A program made the position numbers and the translations under genes. Shown here piece by piece: positions 47,717 through 56,853 of a DNA stretch of 64,000 nucleotides. Source of the DNA: an uncultured Alphaproteobacteria bacterium (GTDB taxonomy: Bacteria > Pseudomonadota > Alphaproteobacteria > ATCC43930 > CGMCC-115725); the NCBI GenBank assembly GCA_963729845.1, contig CAVSQC010000013.1, forward strand, positions 23,261 through 87,260, given 5' to 3'. How positions within the stretch are numbered: position 1 is the stretch's first letter; each line of letters begins with the position of its first letter. Below the pieces are notes generated by a model. The model saw only the letters and a program-made list of their open reading frames with translations. It was not told the origin of the DNA and did not search any database.

Positions 47717-49453
47717 ATGAGAGACGCCGTCGCCCGTTTGATGAAGCCGCGCTCGGTCGCGATCGTCGGCGTGTCGCCGGAGCCGGGCCAGCCTGGCGGT
47801 AACATCGTCGGCAATCTCGACAAGGCCGGCTTCGCCGGCGCGCTGCATCTCGTCAGCCGCAACCGCACCGAGGTGTTCGGCCGGCCGTGCGTGCGCACCA
47901 TCGACGATCTGCCCGACGGCATCGACGTGGTGGTGCTGTGCATCCCCGAACGCGCGGTGGTCGAGGCGGTCGAGGCCTGCGCCAAGAAGCGCATGGGCAA
48001 TGTGATGATCTTCGCCGCCGGCTTCGCCGAGGTCGGCGGCGACGGGCTGGCGGCGCAGCAGCGCGTCGCCGCGGTCGCGCGCGCCGCCGGCATGGGCATC
48101 ATCGGGCCGAACTGCCTCGGCGTGACCAATTCGCTCGAAGGCGGACAGGCGCTGACCTTCGGTGCGTCGGAGGCACGCAAGGTGACGGGCGAGCGGCCGA
48201 CCCTCGCCATCGTCGCGCAAAGCGGCGCGCTCGCCGGCATCTTCCGCGTCGCGATCCAGAATCGCGGCCTGCCGGTGTCGTACAGCGTGTCTTCGGGCAA
48301 CGAGGCGGTGCTCACCGCCGAGGATTATCTCGATTACACGCTCGACGATCCGGCGGTCGGCGTGGTCGCGCTCTATGTCGAGCAATTGCGCGACCCGACG
48401 CGCTTCCTCGGGCTCGCGGCACGTGCCCGCCGCCTCAAGAAGCCGATCGTGATGCTGCATGCCGGCTCGAGCGCGATCGCGCGCGAGTCCGCGATCACCC
48501 ACACCTACTCCATCACCAAGAACTACCGTGCCATGCGCGCGTTGACGGCGCGGGCCGGGGTGGTGCTGGTCGACAAGATCGAGGAGCTGCTCGATACCGC
48601 TGAACTGTTCCTCTATTTCCCGACGCCGCCGACGATGGGGCCTGCGGTGATGGCGGATTCCGGCGCGTACAAAGGCCTGGCGCTCGATTACGCCGAGAAG
48701 ATCGGCATCGAACTGCCGAAATTCTCGCCGCATATCCACGAGGCGCTGGTGCCGGTGATGCCGGTCTACGCGCCGCCGGCCAATCCGCTCGACATGACCG
48801 CGCAGGCGATCAAGGAGCCGGAAATGTACGACAAGTCGCTGCCGCTGATGCTGTCCGACCCGCGCATCGGGAGTTTGGTGCTGGCGCCGATCATGGGCGC
48901 GACCGGTTTCGGCTTCGCCAAGGGCGAGCGCATCCTCAATGCCGTCAAAGGCGCGACCAAGCCCGTGATCATGAGCAATCTCGGCTTCGACAATCCGATG
49001 CCGCCGGAATTCATCGCCGCGTGCCGCTCGCGTGGCATTCCCTATTTCAATTCGCCCGATCGTGCGCTGCGCGCCGTCGCCTATCTCGCCCAGTACGCCC
49101 GCGCGCTGGCGCGGCCCGTAACGCCGCCCGCCGCCGGCGCCTTCACCGCGCCGCCCAAGCCCGCGCCCGACGCGCTCCAACTCCGGGTGAAGGCGGTCCG
49201 CGATCCGGAATGGGGTCCGATCCTCGAAATCGGTTTCGGCGGCACGCGGGGCGAGGCGCTGCCGGAGACCATCGTTCTGCCGCCCGATCTCGCACCCGCC
49301 GATATCGAAGCCGAACTGCGCACGCTTCCTGGTGCTACGTTGTTCGTTGGCCGCGATCTCGGCGCGGCAAGCGCGACGATTGCGCAAATCGGCGCCGCGC
49401 TGCGGGGTGGCGGAACGATCATGACAGAAGTCGCAATTCCCCTCCCCCCTTGA
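47717..49453 (+). CDS. Acetate--CoA ligase family paralog with a shortened C-terminal ATP-grasp region
   Basis: PRSVAIVGVSPEPG ... aligns by eye with 10672-12777 for about 480 aa. The C-terminal part is roughly 90 aa shorter and runs into a REP. Confidence 0.75.
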   Translation: MRDAVARLMKPRSVAIVGVSPEPGQPGGNIVGNLDKAGFAGALHLVSRNRTEVFGRPCVRTIDDLPDGIDVVVLCIPERAVVEAVEACAKKRMGNVMIFAAGFAEVGGDGLAAQQRVAAVARAAGMGIIGPNCLGVTNSLEGGQALTFGASEARKVTGERPTLAIVAQSGALAGIFRVAIQNRGLPVSYSVSSGNEAVLTAEDYLDYTLDDPAVGVVALYVEQLRDPTRFLGLAARARRLKKPIVMLHAGSSAIARESAITHTYSITKNYRAMRALTARAGVVLVDKIEELLDTAELFLYFPTPPTMGPAVMADSGAYKGLALDYAEKIGIELPKFSPHIHEALVPVMPVYAPPANPLDMTAQAIKEPEMYDKSLPLMLSDPRIGSLVLAPIMGATGFGFAKGERILNAVKGATKPVIMSNLGFDNPMPPEFIAACRSRGIPYFNSPDRALRAVAYLAQYARALARPVTPPAAGAFTAPPKPAPDALQLRVKAVRDPEWGPILEIGFGGTRGEALPETIVLPPDLAPADIEAELRTLPGATLFVGRDLGAASATIAQIGAALRGGGTIMTEVAIPLPP

Positions 49454-49463
49454 GGGGCTTCCC
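49437..49463. repeat. REP family C unit
   Basis: TTCCCCTCCCCCCTTGAGGGGCTTCCC. Confidence 0.65.
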
Positions 49464-49476
49464 ACCCATTGAATTT

Positions 49477-49536
49477 GAACCACCAAGGCACAAAGACACC
49501 AAGATTTCCGAGACCGTCTTGGTGTCTTGGTGGTTC
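49477..49536. repeat. Long imperfect hairpin (GAACCACCAAG..AGACACCAAGA / TCTTGGTGTCTTGGTGGTTC)
   Basis: 20-nt right arm pairs with the left arm, which carries a 7-nt bulge. Lies between convergent genes. Confidence 0.6.
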
Positions 49537-49559
49537 AACTTTTGAGTTTAGTCGTGGAT

Positions 49560-49578
49560 GGCCCGCCTAAAGCGGGCC
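49560..49578. terminator. Stem-loop GGCCCGC-CTAAA-GCGGGCC between convergent genes
   Basis: 7-bp GC stem. No clear U tract on either side. Confidence 0.35.
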
Positions 49579-49590
49579 AAGACGAACCAT

Positions 49591-50385
49591 CTATGAACTG
49601 AGACCATCCAACGTCCGCGCCAATAAATCGAGGTCGCGGGGTCGGGAGAGGCGGTGGTCGCCGTCTTTAACCAGAGTCACCTCGACGTCGCCGCCCGGCA
49701 GATGCGCGGCGAGATCGAGACTGGTTTGCCATGGCACGTCCGGGTCCTGCATGCCGTGGAGCAGCCGCACGGGACATGCAATGGGCAACGGCTTGTCCAT
49801 CACTAGATGCCGCCGGCCGTCCTCGATCAGTTTGCGCGTAAAGCGATACGGCGCATCGCCATATTGCGACGGCATATCGACATAACCGTCGCGCATGATC
49901 GTCGCCTGCGATCTCCGGGGAGAAGCCGTGCCACATCAGCGCCTCGGTGGCGTCGGGCGCGGCGGCGATGCCGACCAAGCGCGCGCGACGCGCGCCGGCC
50001 GATCCAATGCCGCCAACAGCATGATCCAACCGCCCAGGCTGGAGCCGACCACGATCTGCGGCCCATCGGTCAGCGCGTCGAGCACCGCGGCCGCGTCGGC
50101 GCGCCATCGTCCCACGGTTGCATCGTTGAAATCGCCGGACGAGGCGCCGTGGCCGAACGCGTCGAAGCGCAGAAAGGCGCGGCCGCGCGCCGCGGCATAG
50201 GCGTCGAGGAACGTCGCCTTGGTGCCGGTCATGTCCGACATGAAGCCGCCGAGGAACACGATGCCCGGCGCCGCGCCCTCGCGCCGGCGGTAGGCGATTG
50301 TCGCGCCATCCTCGCGTGTTAAGATTGAAGAAGGCCCAGATTCCTCGGGCATTGGTAGGTTCCGTGGCGGTTCAATCGACATCAT
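49591..50385 (-). pseudogene. Alpha/beta hydrolase, two frame breaks (~49990, ~49900)
   Basis: GIVFLGGFMSDMTG ... GSSLGGW nucleophile elbow, then LVGIAAAPDATEALMWHGFSPEI, then RDGYVDMPSQYG...LLHGMQDPDVP...DGDHRLS. Three frames. Confidence 0.75.
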
Positions 50386-50433
50386 CGGAGACTAGCATCG
50401 CGGCGCCGGCGCCTGACCGGCCGTCCGCCGGCC

Positions 50434-51553
50434 GTGCTGCAAGTCCTGCCGCGGCTCGACCAGGGCGGCGTCGAGCGCGGCACGGTCGAGGTCGCGGCGG
50501 CGCTGGTGCAGGCCGGCTGGCGCGCCGTGGTCGCGTCGGCGGGCGGGCGCATGGTCGGCGACATCCTGCGCGCCGGCGCCGAGCATGTCGAATTGCCGCT
50601 GGCGACGAAAAATCCGGCGGCGATCGTGCTCAACGCGGGGCGCCTCGCGCGGCTGATCGAGTCGCGGCACGATCGACATCGTCCACGCGCGCAGCCGCGC
50701 CCCAGCCTGGAGCGCGATGTTGGCCGCGCGCCGCACGCGGCGGCATTTCGTCACCACGTTTCACAACGCCTACGGCGCCGAGGGCTGGGGCAAGCGCCGC
50801 TACAATTCCGTGATGGCGCGGGGCGAGCGCGTGATCGCGATTTCGAGTTTCGTCGCCGCGCACGCCGCCGCGACCTACGGCGTCGGCAGCGACCGCCTGC
50901 GCATCGTCGATCGCGGCGTCGATCTCGAAAATTTCAATCCCGAGCGCGTCAACGCGTCGCGCATCGTGCGGTTGGCGGAGGCGTGGCGTCTGCCCGACGG
51001 CGTGCCGGTAATCGTTCTGCCCGGCCGGCTCACGAGCTGGAAAGGCCACGAGGTGCTGATCGAGGCGCTGTCGTGGCTCGGCCGCCGCGATGTCGTGTGC
51101 CTGTTCATCGGCGATGGCAGCGTGCGCTACCGGCAAGCGCTGGAGCGGCGCATCGCCGAATTGGGATTGGGCGGCCAGTTCAAGTTCGTCGATCACTGCG
51201 CCGACATGCCGGCAGCCTACATGCTCGCCGATGTCGTGGTCTCGGCGTCGACGCGCCCCGAAGGGTTCGGCCGCGTCATCGCCGAGGCGCTGGCGATGGG
51301 CCGGCCGGTGATCGCGACCGATCATGGCGGCGCCGGCGACATCGTCGTTCCCGGCGTCACCGGCTGGCTGGTGCCGCCGGACGACGCCAAGACGCTGGCG
51401 CGGGCGCTGCAATTGGCGTTGTCGCTGACCGCGGCGGAGCGCGCGGCCCTGGCCGAGCGCGCCATCGCCTCCGTCGCCGGCCGCTTCAGCAGCGGCGCGA
51501 TGACGGAACGGACCATCGCCGTCTACGAGGAAATTCTGTGGGGCAAGTCATGA
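50434..51553 (+). pseudogene. Glycosyltransferase family 4, frame break near 50668
   Basis: GTG start (M)LQVLPRLDQGGVERGT. Continues IDIVHARSRAPAWSA ... EGFGRVIAEALAMGRPVIATDHGG in ORF 50717-51553. Confidence 0.8.
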
Positions 51554-51935
51554 GCGGCGACGCCGCGGCGGGCAGTCGCCTTATCCTGATCCGGGACTTG
51601 ATCCTGCCGTGCGAGATCGGCGTCTTTCCCCACGAGCACGGGAAGAAGCAGCGGGTGCGCATCAACGCCACGCTCGCCGATTGCCGACGGCGGCCGGGCG
51701 ATCGAGGACAAATTGCCGGCGACGGTGTCCTATGGCGATATCATCGACCAGGTGAAGGCGATGGCGGATCGGCGGCCGTATCAATCTGGTGGAGACCCTG
51801 GCGGAGCGCGTCGCCGGCCTGTGTCTTGCCGACCATCGCGTGCGCTCGGTCCGCGTCCGGGTCGAGAAGCTCGACGTCTATCCCGACGGCACCATCGTGG
51901 GCGTCGAGATAGAGCGGTTTAATCATCGTGTCTAA
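51550..51935 (+). pseudogene. folB: Dihydroneopterin aldolase, two frame breaks (~51678, ~51770)
   Basis: ATGA overlap with the upstream stop. LILIRDLILPCEIGVFPHEHGKKQRVRINATLA / IADGGRAIEDKLPATVSYGDIIDQVKAMADR / GRINLVETLAERVAGL...GVEIERF. Confidence 0.75.
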
Positions 51936-52125
51936 ATTATGGAAATATCGGGCGTTTCGGAGGCGCGACCGAATTCGCGGTCCCACGGCTCGCGACTTGT
52001 TCACAAATGGGCGGGCCTGGGCATTTCGGGTAGGCTTCATGAAAATGCCGCAATATTATTGAGATGTTCGTCATTGACATTGCAAAAATATAGCTCTTTC
52101 AACGCGTTACATTCATGCCCATATT

Positions 52126-54132
52126 TTGTGCAAGTCATGGAAATGTAAGGCTTTCGCGGGCGCGGCGGCTTGCCGCAGGCGTTTGCCAACAGTTTTATCC
52201 ACAGATTTCGTGGATATCTCCGAGGACGCCGAATTGATCGACGAATCGTTACCCGAGCACAATGATGACGATACCGGCGACGGACCGGGCGCCCAGGGCG
52301 TCGGGGTGATCCGCGCGGCGTTGGCGACGCTGCCGCCGTCGCCCGGGGTTTACCGGATGCTGAACGCGCGGGGCGACGCGCTCTATGTCGGCAAGGCGCG
52401 CAGCCTCAAGGCGCGCGTCGCCAACTACACGCATTTCATGGCACTGCCGCACCGGCTCCAGCGGATGGTCGCGGAGACGCGCAAGCTCGAAGTGGTGCTG
52501 ACCCACACCGAGGTCGACGCGCTGCTGCTTGAAAGCAATATGATCAAGCACTTGGAGCCGCGCTATAACATCGTGCTGCGCGACGACAAGTCGTTCCCGT
52601 ACATCCATCTCACCGGCGATACCGACTTTCCGCTCCTGACCAAGCACCGCGGCGGGCATGATGGCGCCGGCGATTTCTTCGGGCCGTTCGCGTCTGCGGG
52701 CTCGGTCAACCGCACCCTGATCGCACTGCAGCGCGCCTTTCTGCTACGCTCGTGCAGCGACAGCATTTTCGCGAGCCGCACGCGGCCGTGCCTGCTCTAT
52801 CAGATCAAACGGTGCAGCGCGCCGTGCGTCGGGCGCATCGACAAGGCGGGCTACGCCGCGCTGGTCGACGAGGCGCGCAATTTCCTCGCCGGCCGCAGCG
52901 CCGACGTGCAGCAGCGTTTCGCCGCCGAGATGCAGGAGCTGGCCGAGGCGCAACATTACGAGGCCGCGGCGTCGGTGCGCGACCGCATCCGCGCGCTGAC
53001 GCAGATCCAGGGCCATCAGGACATCAACATCCGCGAGCTGGGCGACGCCGACGTCATCGCCGCGCATCAGGCCGGCGGCCAGACCTGCATCCAGGTGTTT
53101 TTTTTCCGCGGCGGCCAGAATTGGGGCAACCGGCCGTACTATCCGGCGCACGCGCGCGACCTGGAGCTGGCCGAAATCCTCGGCGCGTTTCTCGGCCAGT
53201 TCTATGCGGACAAGGTGCCGCCGCGCCTCGTGCTGTTGAGCGAGGCGCCGGCCGACGACGGCGCTGATCGGCGAGGCGTTGGCGGCGCGCGCCGGCCGCT
53301 CGGGTCGAGTTGCAAGTGCCGCAGCGCGGCGACAAGCGGCAGCTGGTGGAGCAGGCGCTGGTCAACGCGCGCGAGGCGCTGGGCCGCCGCCTGGCCGAAA
53401 GCTCGGCGCAGCAGAAACTGCTCGCGGGCGTCGCCGCAGACCTTCGGCCTCGAGGCGCCGCCGAAGCGCATCGAGGTCTACGACAATTCGCATATCCAGG
53501 GCAGCAACGCGGTCGGCGGCATGATCGTCGCCGGGCCCGAGGGCTTCGTGAAGAACGCCTACCGCAAGTTCAACATCCGCGATCTCGAGAATCCCGGCGA
53601 CGATTACGCCATGATGCGCGAGGTGCTGACGCGCCGCTTTTCCCGCGCGCTCAAGGAGGATCCGGCGCGCGAGACCGGCGCCTGGCCCGACCTGCTGCTG
53701 ATCGACGGCGGCGCGGGGCAGGTGACGGCGGCGAACGCGGTGCTGGCCGATCTCGGCATCAACGATCTTTGCGTCATCGGCATCGCCAAGGGGCCGGACC
53801 GCGACGCCGGGCGCGAGCGTTTTTTCCGCGCCGGGCACGAGCCGATGAGCCTCGAGCCGCGCGACCCGGTACTTTATTTCCTGCAGCGCCTGCGCGACGA
53901 GGCGCACCGTTTCGCCATCGGCTCGCACCGCGCGCGCCGAACCAAGGCGATCGGCGTCTCGCCGCTCGACGAGATCGCCGGCATCGGCGCGCGGCGCAAG
54001 AAGGCGCTGCTGCATCATTTCGGCTCGGCGCGCAGCGTCGCCCGCGCCGGCCTGGTCGACCTCGAGCGGGTCGAGGGCATCAGCAAGAACGTGGCGAAGA
54101 AGATTTATGACCATTTCCATTCGGGCGGCTGA
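52126..54132 (+). CDS. uvrC: Excinuclease ABC subunit C (open ORF with an internal out-of-frame stretch ~53255-53440)
   Basis: GIY-YIG (PGVYRM...[13 protein letters not shown]), UVR, RNase-H-like (RIEVYDNSH) and HhH domains. The segment [14 protein letters not shown] / [26 protein letters not shown] is readable only in the two other frames. Start uncertain (TTG 52126, GTG 52210). Confidence 0.85.
   Translation: MCKSWKCKAFAGAAACRRRLPTVLSTDFVDISEDAELIDESLPEHNDDDTGDGPGAQGVGVIRAALATLPPSPGVYRMLNARGDALYVGKARSLKARVANYTHFMALPHRLQRMVAETRKLEVVLTHTEVDALLLESNMIKHLEPRYNIVLRDDKSFPYIHLTGDTDFPLLTKHRGGHDGAGDFFGPFASAGSVNRTLIALQRAFLLRSCSDSIFASRTRPCLLYQIKRCSAPCVGRIDKAGYAALVDEARNFLAGRSADVQQRFAAEMQELAEAQHYEAAASVRDRIRALTQIQGHQDINIRELGDADVIAAHQAGGQTCIQVFFFRGGQNWGNRPYYPAHARDLELAEILGAFLGQFYADKVPPRLVLLSEAPADDGADRRGVGGARRPLGSSCKCRSAATSGSWWSRRWSTRARRWAAAWPKARRSRNCSRASPQTFGLEAPPKRIEVYDNSHIQGSNAVGGMIVAGPEGFVKNAYRKFNIRDLENPGDDYAMMREVLTRRFSRALKEDPARETGAWPDLLLIDGGAGQVTAANAVLADLGINDLCVIGIAKGPDRDAGRERFFRAGHEPMSLEPRDPVLYFLQRLRDEAHRFAIGSHRARRTKAIGVSPLDEIAGIGARRKKALLHHFGSARSVARAGLVDLERVEGISKNVAKKIYDHFHSGG
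52195..52217. promoter_or_regulatory. Inverted pair of DnaA-box-like 9-mers
   Basis: TTATCCACA (52195-52203, exact E. coli-type consensus) and, on the opposite strand, ATATCCACG (52209-52217, 7/9), separated by 5 nt. Confidence 0.4.
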
Positions 54133-54231
54133 TTGGTCGTCATGGTTGACCCGGCCATCTGGGCGAGCGACGGGTGAATAATTCCATTTGACCTAGCGTC
54201 GTTCTAAGATCGCCGTCGAGGATTTGACCGA

Positions 54232-54823
54232 ATGCCGATGAACCTGCCGAATCTGCTGACGCTGTCGCGCATCGTGGCGATTCCGCTGGTGATTCTGACC
54301 TTCTTCCTGCCGGCGCCGTTCGGCCCGTGGGCGGGCTGCGTGCTGTTCGCGGCGGCGGGCGTGACCGATTGGCTGGACGGCCAGCTCGCCCGGCGCTGGC
54401 ACCAGCAATCGGCCTGGGGCCGCGTGCTCGACCCGATCGCCGACAAGCTCCTGGTCGCGACCATCCTGTTCATGCTAGCGGCGCTCGAGCGCATCTCGCC
54501 GGTGACGATCTTTCCGGCGCTGGTGATCCTGGCGCGCGAGATCCTGGTGTCGGGCCTGCGCGAGCATCTCGCGATGCTGAACGTGCCGGTGCCGGTGTCG
54601 CGGCTCGCCAAATGGAAGACCGCGTTGCAGATGGTTGCGATCGGCGTGCTGCTCGGTCGGCGACGCCGGCCCGAGCGGCCTCCATGTGCGCACCGTCGGC
54701 GAGCTGCTGCTGTGGCTCGCCGCGGCGCTGACGCTGATCACCGGCTACGACTATTGGCGTGCCGGCATGTCGCATATCGGCGACGAGGACGCCAAGGCGA
54801 TGAAGCCCGAGGGCGCGCCCTGA
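54232..54823 (+). pseudogene. pgsA: CDP-diacylglycerol--glycerol-3-phosphate 3-phosphatidyltransferase, frame break near 54655
   Basis: NLLTLSRI ... TDWLDGQLARR ... DPIADK CDP-alcohol motif. The C-terminus (VGDAGPSGLHVRTVGELLLWLAAALTLITGYDYW) is in ORF 54635-54823. Confidence 0.85.
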
Positions 54824-54832
54824 TTCACGCCT

Positions 54833-55360
54833 ATGCCCCATAGCGGTCCCGTCTTCGGCCTTGCCGGCTGGAGCGGCAGCGGCAAGACCACGCTGATCGA
54901 GAAACTGTTGCCGGTGCTGGCGGGGCGGGGCTTGCGCGTCTCGACCTTGAAGCACGCGCACCAGGATTTCGATTTCGACAAGCCGGGCAAGGATTCCTGG
55001 CGCCACCGCCACGCCGGCGCCGCGCGAGGTGATGGTGTCGTCGCCAAAGCGCTGGGCGCTGGTCCACGAAGTGCGCGGCGAGATCGAGCCCGAGCCTGCG
55101 GCGATCTGCTGGCGCGCATGGGCGCGGCCGATCTGGTGATCGTCGAGGGGTTCAAGCGCGAGCCGTTCCCGAAACTCGAAGTGTATCGCGCGGCGCTGGG
55201 TAAGCCGCTGATCGCGCCGGACGATCGCGATATCGTCGCCATCGCCTCGGACGCGCCGGTGCCTGGCCTCGCGTTGCCGCGCTTCGACCTGAACGACGCG
55301 GCGGGGATCGCGGAATTCGTGATGCGTTTTTGCCGCCTGGGCGAGAGCCGCGCGGTCTGA
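54833..55360 (+). CDS. mobB: Molybdopterin-guanine dinucleotide biosynthesis adapter protein MobB (open ORF with a compensated out-of-frame segment ~55025-55095)
   Basis: GWSGSGKTTL P-loop and DLVIVEGFK. The middle part is readable as REVMVSSPKRWALVHEVRGEIEPEP only in another frame. Confidence 0.8.
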   Translation: MPHSGPVFGLAGWSGSGKTTLIEKLLPVLAGRGLRVSTLKHAHQDFDFDKPGKDSWRHRHAGAARGDGVVAKALGAGPRSARRDRARACGDLLARMGAADLVIVEGFKREPFPKLEVYRAALGKPLIAPDDRDIVAIASDAPVPGLALPRFDLNDAAGIAEFVMRFCRLGESRAV

Positions 55361-55479
55361 TCCGTTGCAACAATCCAACGGCAAGTTGCCAACACCGTAT
55401 TGTAGTGCCATCATCCGGCATCACGCGATTTGTCTCATTTTATTAGCTCGTCGGCAGAAACGATCATGTCCGGGGGCAT

Positions 55480-56040
55480 ATGATGAGCGTTCGCTGGTCA
55501 CCTCAGTTGCGCGTCGCCTGTGCCGCATGGATGGCGGCGCTGCTCGTCGCGGCGGCATTGGTAACGGCGTTGCCGTTCCCGGCCACGGCACAATCCGATG
55601 GTCCAACAAGCGACAGCCCGACGTCGCCGTCCGGCGATTCCCATCCGCCGCAAACCTCGACCGACAACAAGTCCAAGAATTCGACCTCCACTCACGATCG
55701 CGATCATCGCCGCGATGTTCGCCCCCGTGTCCACGGGCTAGGCGTGCTGCCGCTTCTCCCCGAACTTCTCGGCAACCCGCAGCCGAATCAGCCGGGGGGC
55801 AACGGTAACGGCGGCAAGGGGTCGGGCGGCACGGCGGTCAATACGCCGCCGCAAAACACGCCGTCTGACGGCACGAACCCGCCTTGCGATAATTGCAAGA
55901 AAGGCTCAACCGAGACGACTGAAAAGCCACCGCCGAATGGTCCGCCGCCGAACGGGCCGCCGACCGGGGGCGCGGCGCCTAACCCGCAACCGGTCACTCC
56001 GTCCGACCAACCAGGGGGAACACCGCGCAAACGCCGGTAG
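55480..56040 (+). CDS. Exported low-complexity Pro/Gly/Asn/Thr-rich protein
   Basis: Signal peptide ...ALPFPATAQ then PPNG-type repeats. May be the N-terminal part of the next ORF, whose frame is open from 55983 and which has no SD before GTG 56124. Confidence 0.5.
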   Translation: MMSVRWSPQLRVACAAWMAALLVAAALVTALPFPATAQSDGPTSDSPTSPSGDSHPPQTSTDNKSKNSTSTHDRDHRRDVRPRVHGLGVLPLLPELLGNPQPNQPGGNGNGGKGSGGTAVNTPPQNTPSDGTNPPCDNCKKGSTETTEKPPPNGPPPNGPPTGGAAPNPQPVTPSDQPGGTPRKRR

Positions 56041-56123
56041 ATTGTCCGCAGCGGGACAAGGGCTGCGCCGCGCTGGTCATCGATTTCTCTCGGTGGATTT
56101 GGCACGAGCCGGACCTTGAAAAT

Positions 56124-56852
56124 GTGAGCAACGAACTGAAAAAGAAGTCCTGCCCGAACCTGGTCTATGTGGCACCAAAACTGAAACCGGTTCCCTATCC
56201 CTATGAAGTCGAAGTGTCCGTGCCGTCGCCGATGGGTGGGGTCTTCATCACGAAGATGGAAACGGTCAATCCCGATCCGAAAGACGTCGCGGAGGCCGAG
56301 AAAGCCAACGAGAAGCCTTGGCAAGACATGTTGGATGCCATCGCCAAGCATCGCGAGGCGGTCAGCGCCGGTGTTGAGCTGGCGGTCGAGATGTTGAACG
56401 GGCACGGCTCCCGGTCGCGAATGTGCGGTGCTGTCGGCGCCCAGACCGGCAACGATCTCTGGCGGGACGATTTTCACACCGGCAACTACAAAGCCGCGTT
56501 TCATAACGTGTGCCGCTGGTTCGCGGCCGATTTCACCTGCTACTCAGGACTGACGCCGGCGGCCTTCGACCATCTCAACAATTCCGCCGTCGCCGCATGC
56601 CATGCGGCGAAGCCGCCGGACGTCTGCACGAAACACGCAGGGTTCGAGTCCGACATTGCGGTGGCATCCTCGAAGGCCACGGAAGAATGCACGCGCACGG
56701 ACAAACTATGGCTGCGCGGCGACATTTTGCCGGCGATCGAAGCATTTCGGTGGACAGCGGCGAACGGCGAAGTGAGCTCGTTCCCCGCCTACTATCGCGA
56801 CCACGGCTACGGCTCCAAAATATGCCTTGGCGCGGACCGGAAGGGGTATTGA
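56124..56852 (+). CDS. Cys-rich hypothetical protein (242 aa)
   Basis: Ordinary amino-acid composition with at least 8 Cys. No signal peptide of its own. No family recognised. Confidence 0.55.
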   Translation: MSNELKKKSCPNLVYVAPKLKPVPYPYEVEVSVPSPMGGVFITKMETVNPDPKDVAEAEKANEKPWQDMLDAIAKHREAVSAGVELAVEMLNGHGSRSRMCGAVGAQTGNDLWRDDFHTGNYKAAFHNVCRWFAADFTCYSGLTPAAFDHLNNSAVAACHAAKPPDVCTKHAGFESDIAVASSKATEECTRTDKLWLRGDILPAIEAFRWTAANGEVSSFPAYYRDHGYGSKICLGADRKGY

Positions 56853-56853
56853 C

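Noticed and set aside
51936-52230. Chromosomal replication origin
   Set aside because: There is only one exact and one or two degenerate DnaA boxes. There is no array of boxes, no clear AT-rich 13-mer-type unwinding repeats, and no origin-linked genes (dnaA, hemE, parAB) nearby. A regulatory or titration site is more likely.
56639-56649. GGTTCGAGTCC, a tRNA T-loop-like motif
   Set aside because: The flanking bases cannot form a T stem (GCAGG versus CCGAC). There is no acceptor or anticodon arm context, and it lies inside a coding ORF.
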